Source: Eledone cirrhosa (lineage: Eukaryota). Taken from it: a stretch of 64,000 bases of DNA. A program made the position numbers and the translations under genes. The stretch is taken from the NCBI GenBank assembly GCA_964016885.1, contig OZ024743.1, positions 46,314,001 through 46,378,000 on the forward strand. Direction: 5' to 3'. Positions 51,499 through 64,000 of the stretch are shown in pieces. The first letter of the stretch is position 1. Each line of letters starts with the position of its first letter. The notes beneath the pieces were generated by a model. It saw only the letters and a program-made list of their open reading frames with translations, did not search any database and was not told where the DNA came from.

Positions 51499-51683
51499 AT
51501 TATCCAAGATGTAGTAATGGTTAATTACTACACTGGATATGGTTGACGTACGGTAAGAGGTTACTCTACGAGTTATGGAAGAATTGTTGAAGAAACTTAG
51601 TTCCTGATCCTTCAGTATTCCGGAGTGTATATAAAGAATGAATAATAACAGGTAGACATCATAAAAAGGTAATTTATTCCGTG

Positions 51684-51795
51684 TGCTTACAAGTGTTTCC
51701 ACGGTGGTGCTGCAGCCTAGTTATGCTACGTGCAAATTCACAAGTACTTGCAGAACTCAAATATCTAATGCTGTGACCACTGTTTCCTCAGAGCA
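51684..51795 (-). ncRNA. Mirror-image hammerhead on the transporter's sense strand
   Basis: Exact reverse-complement copy of 51804-51915. Confidence 0.7.
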
Positions 51796-51803
51796 GAATG
51801 TTC

Positions 51804-51915
51804 TGCTCTGAGGAAACAGTGGTCACAGCATTAGATATTTGAGTTCTGCAAGTACTTGTGAATTTGCACGTAGCATAACTAGGCTGCAGCACCACCGTGG
51901 AAACACTTGTAAGCA
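51804..51915 (+). ncRNA. Type-I hammerhead with long stem II, followed by AATAAA (51921)
   Basis: UGCU-CUGAGGA-A AC.GUGGU..CAGC....GCUG..ACCAC.GU G-GAAA-CA(CU)UG-UA^AGCA. Confidence 0.7.
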
Positions 51916-51962
51916 CACGGAATAAATTACCTTTTTATGATGTCTACCTGTTATTATTCATT

Positions 51963-51998
<36 letters not shown>

Positions 51999-52037
51999 AT
52001 GCTAAAAATGGACGCTAAATGGTGATGATGATGATGG

Positions 52038-52079
<42 letters not shown>

Positions 52080-52557
52080 CACAGGTGTATGTGTGTGTGT
52101 ATATATATATGTGTGTGTGTGTGTTTACATTTATTGTTAAGATCCCATAACTTAGCAGTTCGACAAATATATACAAATAAGTCCCAGATTTTTAAAAATA
52201 TGTACTGGGTTTGATATCCCAGTTCAATAAACGAAACCAATAAAAAAAAAATAATACAGTACGTATTATATTACTCCAGCAATTAATAAGCAAGATCTGA
52301 TGCGAAAATTTCACAGCGAGACTAAAATTATGTTTATCAAAAACTATACCATTTTACTTTATAGCTTTGTATCTTAAAGGGGAATTAATCTAAAACACAA
52401 AACTAGATTTACCTCCCTTTACGTACTTTTTTTAAAAACTATTTATTCGTGAAGGGAGAGGTAATGTTCATGGCACATGAGCCTGGTTGAAGGGAAAGAG
52501 AAAAAAAAAGTTTGTTAGTCTCAAACCGGAGACTTGACTCGAATCCTTACAACAGAG

Positions 52558-52913
52558 TACTCTCGGGTCTCGAATAATCGTCCCCCACCTCACTTATTAA
52601 TTTTTCAGATTTTTTTCCACCCACCCCAACCAACCACTTAATAAATTTTGCTAACTTATCTCCAGCAAATTTTATTTTAAGTGGTAGCATAGCTGCAAAA
52701 ATTAATTTTCTTTATACATAAAAAAACATGATACTAGAAATCCCATACGTTACAAAATAAATAGGATGGACTGAGGGTTTCAATATGTAAACTAAATCAC
52801 TAATTCTGGTTTTTAAAACAACCAACGGAGACAACCTAGAAAAATTACCGATTTTCCACCCACCCGCTCCTCCGCTTATTCCAACACCCTCTATTATTTT
52901 GGACCCGAGATTA
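52558..52913. mobile_element. MITE with TA ends and ~20-bp TIRs (TACTCTCGGGTC...GACCCGAGATTA)
   Basis: Terminal inverted repeats. Isolated TIR-like ends also occur at ~55558 and ~20645-20661. Confidence 0.55.
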
Positions 52914-53266
52914 GATTTCCTTAAATACACTGAAAGGCTTAAGTCTACTACCTAAGTAGGATACAGTGTGATTTAAATTCAGAATGCAATGTACTGCAAC
53001 AAATACCACAAAGCAACTCGTTCAATGCTCTTGTAATTCTGTTAGTCCACTGCCTCAGCATGGCCAGTCGAATGACTGAAACCAGTAAAAGAGTAAGAGA
53101 ATATATAATGGAGACCATGTCTATCAGGTTTAGAATAGGTACACCGTCTTCTTGTGAAGCAACTAAAAGAGTTGACATTGGGAAGAGAATCCAGCTGTAA
53201 AACATTGCTTCAGTTCAAGTCATACCAGCACGGAAAAACGATGATAGATGATGGTGATATTTATTC

Positions 53267-53485
53267 TTAACCCTTTACCATTCACATTACGCTATATATA
53301 CTATTGTATTTTCACAGAAAAGTCTTTATCTCACATAATGTTGAATCTACGAGATTTTGATGTTATTTATTTTGATAATAATACCTTAACGTTGGTATGA
53401 GCGGCAGCCAGTTACGACCAGTTTGAACAGAAAGAGGTGAGAGAATTCTGGCTGGATATATCCGGTTTAAATGATAATGGGTTAA
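53267..53485. mobile_element. piggyBac-type MITE (7375 family, reverse orientation)
   Basis: TTAA-CCC...GGG-TTAA ends; internal match to 7375-7603. Confidence 0.75.
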
Positions 53486-53540
53486 ATTTTAATAATAAAA
53501 CAAAACAAAAATGAAAAAAAAATAAATGAGTTATACATAC

Positions 53541-53637
53541 AGTGAAAATGATCGATGGAACTGGTGTAAGACGCTTTGCATGGATAAATGAGAGGGCTTT
53601 CATCAGATGGCCACCTCTTGCTACAACCAAATTTAAT
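53541..53637 (-). CDS. SLC7A9: SLC7A9-like exon ((R)LNLVVARGGHLMKALSFIHAKRLTPVPSIIFT)
   Basis: 97 bp, CAG acceptor, GTATGT donor, phase 2 to 0; AR.GH..LS.IH..R.TP.P motif. Confidence 0.93.
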
Positions 53638-55145
53638 CTGAAAATGAAGTCAGACAACTTTTTTTAAAGTGGAAATTTTAATCAACTGTAATTGCCTTCA
53701 GGAGACTAATCGGCAGGATCGTTAGGATATCAGATAAAAATGCCTAAGTATCTGTTTTGGCTCACTGTACTCTGATTTCAAATCCTGCTACGGTCAACTT
53801 TGTCTTTCATCATTTCAAAGTTGATAAAGTATCAATCCAGTACTTAGGTTAGTTCTCTCTCTCTCAACTCACTCTCACTAGAAGAAATCAACTGTTCTGA
53901 TCTGGAGAGTTAGGCGTTGCCAGGTTTAAAATGCCCAAGACACACCACGTATCAGGACGTCGGTGTCCCTACAACTCCATCAAGGATTAACTGCCTTGTA
54001 CCACAAATAAACACCACCAAAACATATTAGAAGTTAGCTAATATTATTGATTAACAGATGGTGTTGGATCGGTAGAGAGTCGGACGCCATGCTTTGCAGC
54101 ATAGTGTTACGGCCCTTGCCATTCTGAGTTCAAATCCCGCCGAGGTTAACTTTGCCTTTCATCCTTACGGGGTCGATAAAATAAAGTACCAGTAATACAC
54201 TGAGATAATTCCTGGCCTTGTGCCAAAAGTAGAAATTATTGATTAACAGATGCAAGGGAGGCAACTATGATTATTTCTGCATTATTTGGAATTACCTTCT
54301 TTCTATTTTACAGCCTCGAGAACATCTTACTTCACAGTTCTCTGAGATTATCGTTCTTGGTGTCAACACCTTAACGATAACGCTGCTACAGAAACCGAAT
54401 TTTTTGTAATCCCCAACTCTCTACACCAACTAGTCTCGTCTCCTACATGCATTTCTGGCTGATAGATAGTTACTTCAAGTACCATTGATCTCCTTCTCAC
54501 ATACAAACCTATTATTAGCTCACAATGGTGGTAGTGTTTTAACATGGAGGGGATGACTTTCATTAACCCTTTCATTGTACCACATATTTTTAATGAAAGA
54601 CAGTCTATGATATTTTAAAAAATAGAAAAATAATTTTTTTTAATTTGGGGGAAATTACTAATAAACTTTCCCATCATTAAGTTGGGGTTTCAAATATAAC
54701 TTTTAAAATGTTCTTACATAAAATTATGATGGACGGTTTGCAAATAGATATAAACACTTTAAAATATTTTTTTTTATTGTAGAACCAGGGGTGGTTTCGG
54801 GTGGTTTAGTGCCAAAAAGATAAAAATATTTCAGTGAGAAAGATGAATGTTGTAGCTGTTAAGATGATTTGTTACAAACAGATTAACCCTTCTGTGACCA
54901 TATTTCTAATGAACTACACTATATTTGAATTGATTAACAAAAGATTTGGAGGGACATACTTAAATTATTAGTTATATTATTATTAAGATGGCATTTGTAA
55001 CATAATCTAACAAAAGGTTCTTATACCAAATTATGTTGGAAGGATTTAATTTAAATAGGAATATTTTTAAATAGATGGTTGTTTCATAGAACCAGAGGTA
55101 GATTTGGGTGGGTTAGTATCAAAGGATTAAATGAAATTTCCTCAC

Positions 55146-55249
55146 CTGCCACTTGAAAACAAGCTACCATTAGCAGCACCAAAACAAGAAAGTACAACAA
55201 ATACAGGCATAATCCAGGACATTACTCCAAGAACTTTCTTTCCCCACAC
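55146..55249 (-). CDS. SLC7A9: SLC7A9-like exon (TM8: [34 protein letters not shown](R))
   Basis: 104 bp, CAG acceptor, GTGAG donor, phase 0 to 2; GAANG motif. Confidence 0.95.
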
Positions 55250-56182
55250 CTGAAGAAAATATAAAAGTATCTAAGTGAATTAAAGACAAACATAGGTATC
55301 AAGAAAGGCAACAAGGTGGAAAAATCCATGCCGAAAATGAGAACTCAGTATATTTCGAGAACATGAGATGCAGGTCCTTGACCTATCTGAGGGGTCAGCA
55401 GTTCTTTAGTGCTGATGCCACGAAAAATGTACACAGTATACCCTGTAAGGTGCTGGGCAATAAAAAAGGCATCATGTTGTAGAAACTATGCAAAAAAGAG
55501 TCAAGTGAACTCTTTAGCTATGTCAAGGGCATAACAACCTCTATAGCATTAGTGATCTACTCCCGGGTCCCAAATGATAGGGGTGGGGGTAAGCAGGGGT
55601 TGGAATATATATATATAATGAGTCCACTGCCCTGGATTGCTACTTTATTTGTCAATCCAGAAAAGATGGAAGGCAAAGTTGACCTCAGCAGGGTTTGAAC
55701 TCAGAACAAAGGGAGCTGGAATAAATATCACAAAACATTTAATGCAACACACTAACGATTCTGCCCATCCAGTGCTCTCAACTGGTTCTTTATTTTATCT
55801 ATCATGAAAGGATAAAAAGCAAAGTTGACATCTATGGGATATGAATCAAACAGCAGAGAGTTGGTACAAATATTGTGAAACATTTAACCCAATGCTCCAA
55901 CCACTCGGTCAATTCACCAATTTCAACTGGCTCTTTATTTATCGAGCTTGAAAGGATGAAAGGCAAAGTTGTGTTCTGTATGGTATGAAATAAAAATGCA
56001 AAGGGATAAGATCTAGTTGCAAATCTGATACTATGTTTAAACTCAAATAAATAGGCAACAAAGAATAAAGCTCATCAGAACAATTTCCATGAAAATATTT
56101 ATAGAAAAGCAACATTTCAATGGTGTGATGATGATTAAAATGAAAGCAGTTAGTAAAATAATACAGATTTATAAATACATAC

Positions 56183-56306
56183 CACAGCAACAGCATTGGA
56201 CATGAGTATTTCTTCTTTGGACATCACAGTGAAATAACCAATATTAACCAATATATAACAGAATGTCACTGTCGGGATTCCAATCATAATGGCACGAGGT
56301 AAATTT
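56183..56306 (-). CDS. SLC7A9: SLC7A9-like exon (TM7: (K)[41 protein letters not shown])
   Basis: 124 bp, TAG acceptor, GTATG donor, phase 2 to 0. Confidence 0.95.
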
Positions 56307-56864
56307 CTAGGAAATTCAATAAAACATATTTAAGGTAAGAAATTTTCATTAGTTTAGCGTCTGCCATAAAAACCTCAGAATCAATGCTTTAATCATTATG
56401 ATTTACCATTTAACAAAACACATAAATCTTCCTGCCTCTGAGGGCTTCATTTTTATTTCTGTTAAAACACAGAATCTAAATATCCAATTTTATAATCCTA
56501 ATCTAGGCTAACAACTAAATGTAGATGTAAGTCATCATCATCATCATCATAATCAACAAAATCATTTTACATCCATTTTCCATGCTGGCATGGATTGACA
56601 TGTTATTACAGACAAAGTCAGTACATAACTAGAGCTACTGTCCTCCTTAGAGGGTCATAGAATTATATTTCATTTAGTACGTTTTCTTTTTGGCATGATT
56701 TCTACAGGTGAATACCCTTCCTAATGCTAACCCCTTAACAGAGTGCATTAGGTGTATTTTATCATGTATAATTGGAAAAAATAACAGTGGAAGTGGACCT
56801 ACGAGATCTATCAAAATTACAACAAAGTGAATAAGTTATTTCAATATATTTTATTTATACTCAC

Positions 56865-56909
56865 TTAAATGGGTCTTTTAATTCTTCTGTGACAAAATTC
56901 AAGTTGTTC
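56865..56909 (-). CDS. SLC7A9: SLC7A9-like 45-bp exon ((W)NNLNFVTEELKDPF(K))
   Basis: CAG acceptor, GTGAGT donor, phase 2 to 2; N.LN.VTEE..P motif. Confidence 0.95.
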   Translation of the reverse strand, partial: EQLEFCHRRIKRPI

Positions 56910-57389
56910 CTGCAATCATGAGAAAATAAATTCCATGTCTTTTGAAACTGTTTTATTACATCCTACTTTATGGATCAAATAAAGTCACTTTGTCTTAACT
57001 CTTTTAATACCAAACCACCTGAAACTACTCCTGGTGCTATGATACAAAACTGATTGTTTTAAATATTCCATTATAACTTTATTTAAGAACTTTTATTAAA
57101 TTATGATTCCAACTTCAGCTTAATAATGTGAAAGTTATAAAAGCAAATCCCTTCAAATGTTTGATTATTTTCAAAATGATTTGAAAATCATAGGTAGTGT
57201 CATTCACTATAAATATGGCAACAGAAGGGTTAACTTATCCTTTTCTTGTCTCTGGTATCTCTACAGAATCTGTTTGCTACACTTTCATGGTGTCAAGGGA
57301 TTAACTATTAAATGAAGGCATGGCTGAATGGTTAAGAAGTTTGTTTCACAATCATAAGTTTCCAGTTTTGATTCCACTCTGCAAGAGTC

Positions 57390-57617
57390 TTAACCCTTTA
57401 GCATTTAGACAGGCCATATCCGGCCAGAATTCTCTCACCTCTTTCTGTTCAAACCAGCTGTAACCAGCTGCTCATACTGCCGTTAAGGTATTAATCTTAA
57501 AATAAATAATATCAAAATCTCATAGATTCAATATTAAGTGAGATATTTTGTAAGATAAAGCCTTTTTCACAAAAATACAATAGTATATATAAAGTAGTGC
57601 AAATGCTAACGGGTTAA
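57390..57617. mobile_element. piggyBac-type MITE (7375 family)
   Basis: TTAA-CCCTTTAGCATTT...AAATGCTAACGGG-TTAA. Confidence 0.85.
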
Positions 57618-58644
57618 ACCATAGTGTTGGCTCAAACTGAAGCATTGTGAGTGAAATTGGGGAGACAAAAACTGTTTAGATGGACTATGTTTGTAATTTA
57701 AAGAGCCAGCCTTATCATACCATGTCATGATGAATCTCAAAAAGAATTATGCTAAGCATACAAATGTCTGTGGTTCACTCAGCCATATACATGCTGATGT
57801 ATTGGTTAAATAGAACTTGTAGATAGATAGATGTAGTTTTGTAAGAAATTATCAGTTGGTTAGACATAACTAGTTACTGAGGCAGATGTAGCTTTGTAAG
57901 AAATTATTGGTTAGCTATAACTAGATAAGGCAGCAATTTGGCATAAACATTAAGGCATTGGATAGAATGCTTTGCAGTATATGTTCCAGTTTTCTGCACT
58001 GAGTTAAAATCCTGCCATAGTCAACCATACCTTTCATCTTTTTGAGGTTGATAAGTATAGAACTCATCCAATACTGGGGTCAATTCTGTCTCTCTCACTC
58101 TGGCAGCGCCCCTACAATTCCATCAGGATTTCAGGGACTATGCATAGTTACTTAGTTATACCTAACCAACCAGTCATTTATTATAAATCTAGTTTGCTAG
58201 TTCCATCCATGGGCCCATAACTCTTCGTGGAGTCATAATGGCATCTAAACCTGGCAGAGCTCATCCTCTCCAAGTCTGAATACAGCTGATTTCTTCCATG
58301 AAAAAAGAGTGAGAGAGCGAGAAATAAAAAATGTGAAAGAATCAAGTGAGAGAGAGAGAAAATCAGAAAGAGAGAAGAATCAGCTCCAATACTGGATTGG
58401 TACATGAAAGGCAATGTTGAACTTGGCAGGATTTTAACTCAGAAAGCAAAGGAGTAGAACAAATACCACAAAGCATTCTATCTGACATTCTCCTGCCTAC
58501 CAAATCAACACCTTATGTAACTGTAGATTTATAAATAATTGATTAGTTATGTATAACTAGGTTAATTAGATGTAGTTTAGTAATAAATTATTGGTTATAT
58601 ATAACTAGTATTTAGATGTATGTAGTTTTGTAATAAATGATTGG

Positions 58645-59955
58645 TTGATTAGCTGCAATGGGTGTGAGGGATGATCTTTTCGACTGGTTGAAATCCTTCA
58701 TTCTCAGCCGAAAAGAAGTAGTCACGGTTCTAGGACAGCATTCTTCACCATATGAGATGTCATCTGGTGTACCACAGGGATCTGTTCTTGGTCCTCTTTT
58801 GTTTGTGGCATATATTAATGACATAGATGCCAACTTACAGAATGCCACAGTACTAAAATATGCAGATGACATCAAGCTGTACCTTGAAATCAAAAGGACT
58901 GATCCTGAAATTTACAACTCTTTCCTACAATCAGACCTGGACACAATGCAGCAATGGATCACAGACTGGCAACTGAAGCTGGCTGTGGACAAGTGTACCA
59001 CCATGCATTTTGGAAGGAAAAATCCAGCGTCCACATACTCCCTCCACAACACTGATATCAAAAAGTCCTCTTGTGAACGTGACCTGGGCATTACTGTCAG
59101 CAACGATTTGCGTTGGACAAAGCATGTCTCTAAGATTGTCAAGAAGGCTGAGGGTGTCTTGGCATCACTCAGCAAGACCTTTGTTAGCCGCTCTCCAGCC
59201 ATCTATTTAAAACTGTATACAGCTATGGTGCGACCACACTTGGAATTCGCATCATCAGTCTGGAACCCCTATCTTGCTCAGAACATTGACCTCCTGGAAA
59301 CTGTTCAGAGACGTGCAACCAAGCGCATACCCTCCATCAGACACCTACCATACTCTGAACGCCTTGCTTCCCTGGGCATGGATTCATTGAAGCTCCGACG
59401 TCTGGCAATGGACTTGGTGAATACCCACAAAGTTTTTAACCATCTCGCCAATTGCAACCCTGAGCGCCTCTTTGATCTCCATGTGTCTAACACACGTGGA
59501 CATGCCTACAAGATCAGAAAACAGCACAGCTCCCATGACTTTCGTAGACATTTTTTCACGCTCAGAGTTGCTGAAGCATGGAACAAACTGCCTGCGTCAA
59601 TTGTTAGCTGCCGAGACACTCATCCTTTAAGACACTCATGCTTCCCGAAATACGCCAAAACTACACCTGATGTACCCCTTCCATGCACATGCACACATGC
59701 GTGTATCATGACTCGTGCACTGTTCATTTTACTGATGTTTGTGCATTTCCCTATGTACTGTACATGCACTTTTTTGATGAGTTGTGGTGCACCTGCGCAC
59801 TGTACACAATATTTCATTATTTTTATTATTATTGTATCATGACTCATACACTGTTCATTTTCCTGACATTTGTACATTATTCTATGTACTATACATGCAC
59901 CTTTGATGAGTTGTAGTGCACCTGAGCACTGTACACAATAATTTCATTATTATTA
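58645..59955 (+). mobile_element. CR1-clade LINE, 5'-truncated, long open RT C-terminal frame, (ATT)n tail
   Basis: ORF 58658..59842 contains SGVPQGSVLGPLLF, YADDIK, ERDLGI, LYTAMVRPHLEFAS.VWNP and TRGH. Confidence 0.92.
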
Positions 59956-60941
59956 TATAACTAGGTACTGCTATGTGTATTTGGTTTAGAATCGATACAC
60001 CATATCCCTGTGTGTTGTAAAAGGTGATTAAAAGAATTGACACTAGGAAGACCATGCTGCCATAAAATATTGCCTCAAAAAGGACCCTGAGTATGTAGCA
60101 GATCAGAGAGTTGCTCCAGGTAGAGCTGCTACTTCTCCAAATTGAAAGATCACAGCTCCAATACTACGGACATGTGGTTAGAATGTCTCAGGAAAGAATC
60201 GCTGGACAGGTTTTATGGGCAAAACCAACTGGCAGGAGACCCAGGGGTAGACCCTGAACAAGATGGTTGGATAACATCCATGAGCTTGGTTGGTCACACT
60301 TGGGGATCCAGTAGATTCAACTGGAAACGGTTGCTTCTGACAAGACCAGTTGGAGGGAGTGTATGAGGACTCGGCCCACATGACCCTCCTAGGAATAAGT
60401 GGAAGAAAGAGGAGGGAAAGGAGGACCTCATAATGAGTATAAAGCTTGGCATAAGACTTGCAATCGTAACCTCTGCTTTAGTAGAGAAAATTTCCTTAAA
60501 ACACTTTTGTTATTGTTTTGCAGGTAGCTACAGTTTTGTAATAAATTGCTGGTTAGGTATAACTAGGTATCTCTACATCTATAATCAATGACTGACTAAC
60601 TGACTGGTTAGATATAATTAATTATTAAATTGGTTTACCATCATCTTCATTATCTTCACCATTTAACATCTATTTACCATGCTTGCATAGGTTAGATGGC
60701 TGTCATACGCTGAGGCCAGAACGGTCAGGTGAGTAGGTCCTACTCATAGACTTTGTTTCGGCCTCATTTCTACAGGTGGATGCCCTTCCTAACACCAACC
60801 ACTTTACAGCATGTGAAACTTTACTGTGTCCACATAACAAGCCCTTTCAAAGAAAAACTCATAACCAATAAAAACAAACAAAAGGTCCCCAGATGAAATA
60901 TAATAATAAGTGTTAGAGTATTTTAGGAAAAGAATACTCAC

Positions 60942-61041
60942 CATCCATCATAAGCCCAAAGTCCATTATAAAACCCTAAAGCAATGGCTGAAGGGTTTTC
61001 AGATGTGTCCATAAATCCTTCAGAAATGAAATCCACTTTAC
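60942..61041 (-). CDS. SLC7A9: SLC7A9-like exon (TM6: (G)KVDFISEGFMDTSENPSAIALGFYNGLWAYDG(W))
   Basis: 100 bp, TAG acceptor, GTGAGT donor, phase 1 to 2. FYNGLWAYDGW is the b(0,+)AT-type TM6 motif. Confidence 0.96.
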
Positions 61042-61874
61042 CTAAAATATCAAAAATAATTCATTACTAATATTTCAGGCTTATCATCATTTAATGTCTA
61101 TTTTCCCTGCTAACAAGAGTTGAATGGCTCATCACAGTTCAAGTCAGTACTTAATAGGAGCTAATGACTGGAAACCACATCTCATTTACATACATTCCAA
61201 CACCCTACAGAGTACAGTGGGTTCATTTTATAGAGACACCAGTACTAGACAGGTTATCATATCTTTAACTCTTTGTTCAGCAAGGCCATATAATATAATT
61301 ATAGCAGGTAAAATATTACATCATAATAGAAGTAGTAAAATAGGGCCAAACATTATAACAGCGATATTTGGTAATGTCTGAGAGAAGAACTGACATAACA
61401 GTTTAATTACTAAATAGCAACCAATCACCATATTCATCAGTGCTAGAAGACTGATGGTGGTGGATAGACGGGGTTACAGACACACTCTGCACCTACAGCA
61501 AGACAACTGGTTTCCTGCTTGTTGCAGATTACCAAATCCATACCCACCCCCATGACACCTTACCAAAAGAAAAACAGTAGGTGACAAAATAAAACTATAA
61601 CAAGATGGCCTATTTGTTTGATTATGAGGTCATGGGCTCAATTTCTGGAGGAAGTGGCACATTGTGTTCTTGAGCAGGATTCTTCATTTCATGTTGCTTT
61701 TCATTATAGGACTGGAGCCCCTATCATTAAAATACCCTAGAAACTCATGAAATACAACTTCATAAGTGGCCAACTAAACTTACCTAAGTGTGAGCTATAA
61801 ATTTCATCTTTTTTATTTTATTCTTTTTTATTTTCGCAAGTAGAGAACAGTAGAAAAATCTATGGTGAACTTAC

Positions 61875-62000
61875 CAATTGCTATATAATAAAAACCTCCA
61901 ACAGTGATGATGACAATAGCAGTTATCTTGGTAATTGTTAGAATATTCTGGATTTTAGTTGCAAATTTCACACTGAATGCATTGATGAAGGCAATGAATA
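61875..62000 (-). CDS. SLC7A9: SLC7A9-like exon (TM4-5: FIAFINAFSVKFATKIQNILTITKITAIVIITVGGFYYIAI(G)); upstream exons outside the window
   Basis: 126 bp, CAG acceptor, GTAAGT donor, phase 1 to 1; N..SVK.A..Q..T..K motif. Confidence 0.95.
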
Positions 62001-63379
62001 CTGTTTTAAAAGAAAGAATGAAAAAGAACAAAATATTAAAATAGAAATATGTTGGTGAATCTTCATCAGTTACGATGATGAGTGTTCCAGTTGTTTGACT
62101 AACAGAATAGTCAGCTTGTGAAATAACATACAAGTAGCTGAGCATTCCACAGACGTGTATCCTCAACAAGTAATTCTCAGGGAGATTCAGCATGATACTG
62201 AGTGTGACAAAGATGGCTAATTTTTGCCAGCTGAATGGACTGGAATAACATGAAATAAAGTATCTTGCTCAAGCTCACAACACCCTACCAAGAATTGAAC
62301 TCACAACTTTGCAATTGCGAGCCAAACACCTTAACCATGCACCTTCATAATATTATGTAGAGAAAACAACAAGCGTTTTAAGGCCATTTTTCTGCCAAAG
62401 CAGGAGTCTTTTTTGAACTAATGTTTTACAACTGTCTTCTCCTGCACACTGCATCTGACCCCACTTATGTCCAGTTTCTCTCTCAGTTTATTTATGCTTC
62501 ATTGTTCATGTACATACCATTTCACATCCACCAAAGCATGCCACATTTCTTTCCAATCTTCAAAGGTTTTCTGCACACGAAGCCGAAGTCACTTCCATGC
62601 AGTGAACCTATGAAGATTGAAATGAAATGAGGTATGTGTGCTCTGGTGGATGAGTAATAGTAGTGTATATGAATAATGAAGCATAAATAAGCTGAAAAAC
62701 GAGGCACAAGTAGGGTCAGACGCAGTGTGCAGGAGAGGACATTACAATGGGATGGATATGTGATGCACACAGAAGATAACAACGGCAAAAAGAAGTGTAG
62801 GGTGCTCAATGTTAATGGAAGAGGAAGATCTAGAAAAACTTGAGATAATGTGGTAAAAGTTAACCTCCCACAATTAAACCTCATGAAGGAGATGACACAG
62901 GTTCGCATGTACATAGAGAGGATGGCAGGTAAAAAAACAGAGAAGATCACACATAAATCCTCACCAGCCAGTTTGCACCAATCTGCCTCATACACTTTCC
63001 CCCACATCAGTCCTCCTCCACTCACAAGATCCATCCCCAACTTGTTTGTATAACTGACACTAGCATGAAAAGACAGGCGCCTCCTCTTCATCTATTCTTC
63101 CAACCCATACCAGCATACAAAGACGGATACACACGCACTCCTCTTCTATATCCAGCCCATGCCAATATGGAAAGCTGAGCAAGCCCCGCCCCACAATGAA
63201 ATACTTGGTTGAGGTTGGGAAGGGTGAACACTCTGTAAAGTGGTAGTGCTGATGCCACGACATAAAGCATTTTTCCCACGATACGGTAGTCATGCTGATG
63301 CCAAAACAAAAAGCATCTAGTCCACCTTGGAAGATAGTTGTGTTGGTGCCACACAAAAAGATTCTAGTACATGCTGTAA

Positions 63380-63620
63380 AGTGGCCGGTTTTAGGAAGAG
63401 TGTTGAAAGTTGCACGGTCATTTGTTGTGAAAGTTCACAAAAGGTTGGCAGGGATTCTACAGCAGTAGCCAAACGTAAAATGCCTCCTCAGAGTCCCTAT
63501 ACCATCAGAACACCAAAATTTGTATGAAAGGTGCAGAAAATAATAGATAAGAACTCCAGAAAGTCAATTCACGCCATTACTAAGGAGCTCAAGGTTTCAA
63601 GGCACATTATCAGAAGTCTG
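63380..63620 (+). mobile_element. Tc1/mariner-family transposase HTH remnant
   Basis: KRK...TIRTPKFV*KVQKIIDKNSRKSIHAITKELKVSRHIIR resembles the linker and second HTH of DD37D/Tc1-type transposases. Confidence 0.45.
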
Positions 63621-64000
63621 TTATACATTCAAGCATGGCCAGCACTACATCAAAATTATGTATGCCACTTACAAATTCTCTTTATTTTTTACCTAAAACT
63701 GATATCATAATTACCCTAATTCTGAAGCAATGTCACATAATATTCAAATTATCTCACAATGTATTCCTAATCAGTAGACTCGACATGGTTTACGTACATG
63801 TCTATAAGGATACATGTGTGCATTGACACAGTCTATGGAGAGGAAATCTCTATCAGCTTATCTTAACTTTATGTTTATATTCTGACTTACAGTAAACCAT
63901 CTACATTTAACAAAAGAAACTGAAGACTAAAGCAGTATAGTTTATATGAAACATTGTGAGGTAAGTAATGAAGAAAGTATTGGGAAAGCCGATACAATAC

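Larger units (their letters stand above)
51628..51971. repeat. Perfect palindrome, 171-bp arms, 2-nt loop, part of a (TA)n-flanked element (51497-51971)
   Basis: 51628-51798 is the reverse complement of 51801-51971 by inspection. Confidence 0.95.

Noticed and set aside
63885-63935. Strong minus-strand GTAAGT donor as the next upstream transporter exon
   Set aside because: The required phase-1 frame has a TAG four codons upstream and no SLC7 similarity.

Overview
Repeat-dense, AT-rich animal DNA, most likely an octopus or other coleoid cephalopod (inferred from the SINE types and microsatellite load). The only host gene I can support is the 3' part of an SLC7A9/b(0,+)AT-like amino-acid transporter light chain. 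It has nine phase-consistent GT-AG exons on the minus strand (62000 down to the stop at 43908), and its 5' exons lie beyond the window. The rest is mobile DNA: Tx1/L1, RTE, Rex3-like, CR1, R4-like and CRE-like LINE fragments, tRNA-derived SINEs, mariner/Tc1 and piggyBac remnants and MITEs, Helentron-like elements and probable solo LTRs. The most interesting signal is a dispersed hammerhead-ribozyme system, mostly next to (TA)n tracts, made of four parts. (1) A ~560-575 bp tandem array carries one complete type-I hammerhead per unit and ends in a fold-back inversion (retrozyme/circRNA-like). (2) A perfect palindrome with 171-bp arms carries back-to-back hammerheads inside the transporter intron. 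(3) Several other intact or decayed hammerhead families are present. (4) A decayed Penelope-like ORF has its GIY-YIG domain at the N-terminal end and could represent the mobilising partner. All structures were folded by eye; no computation or database search was run.
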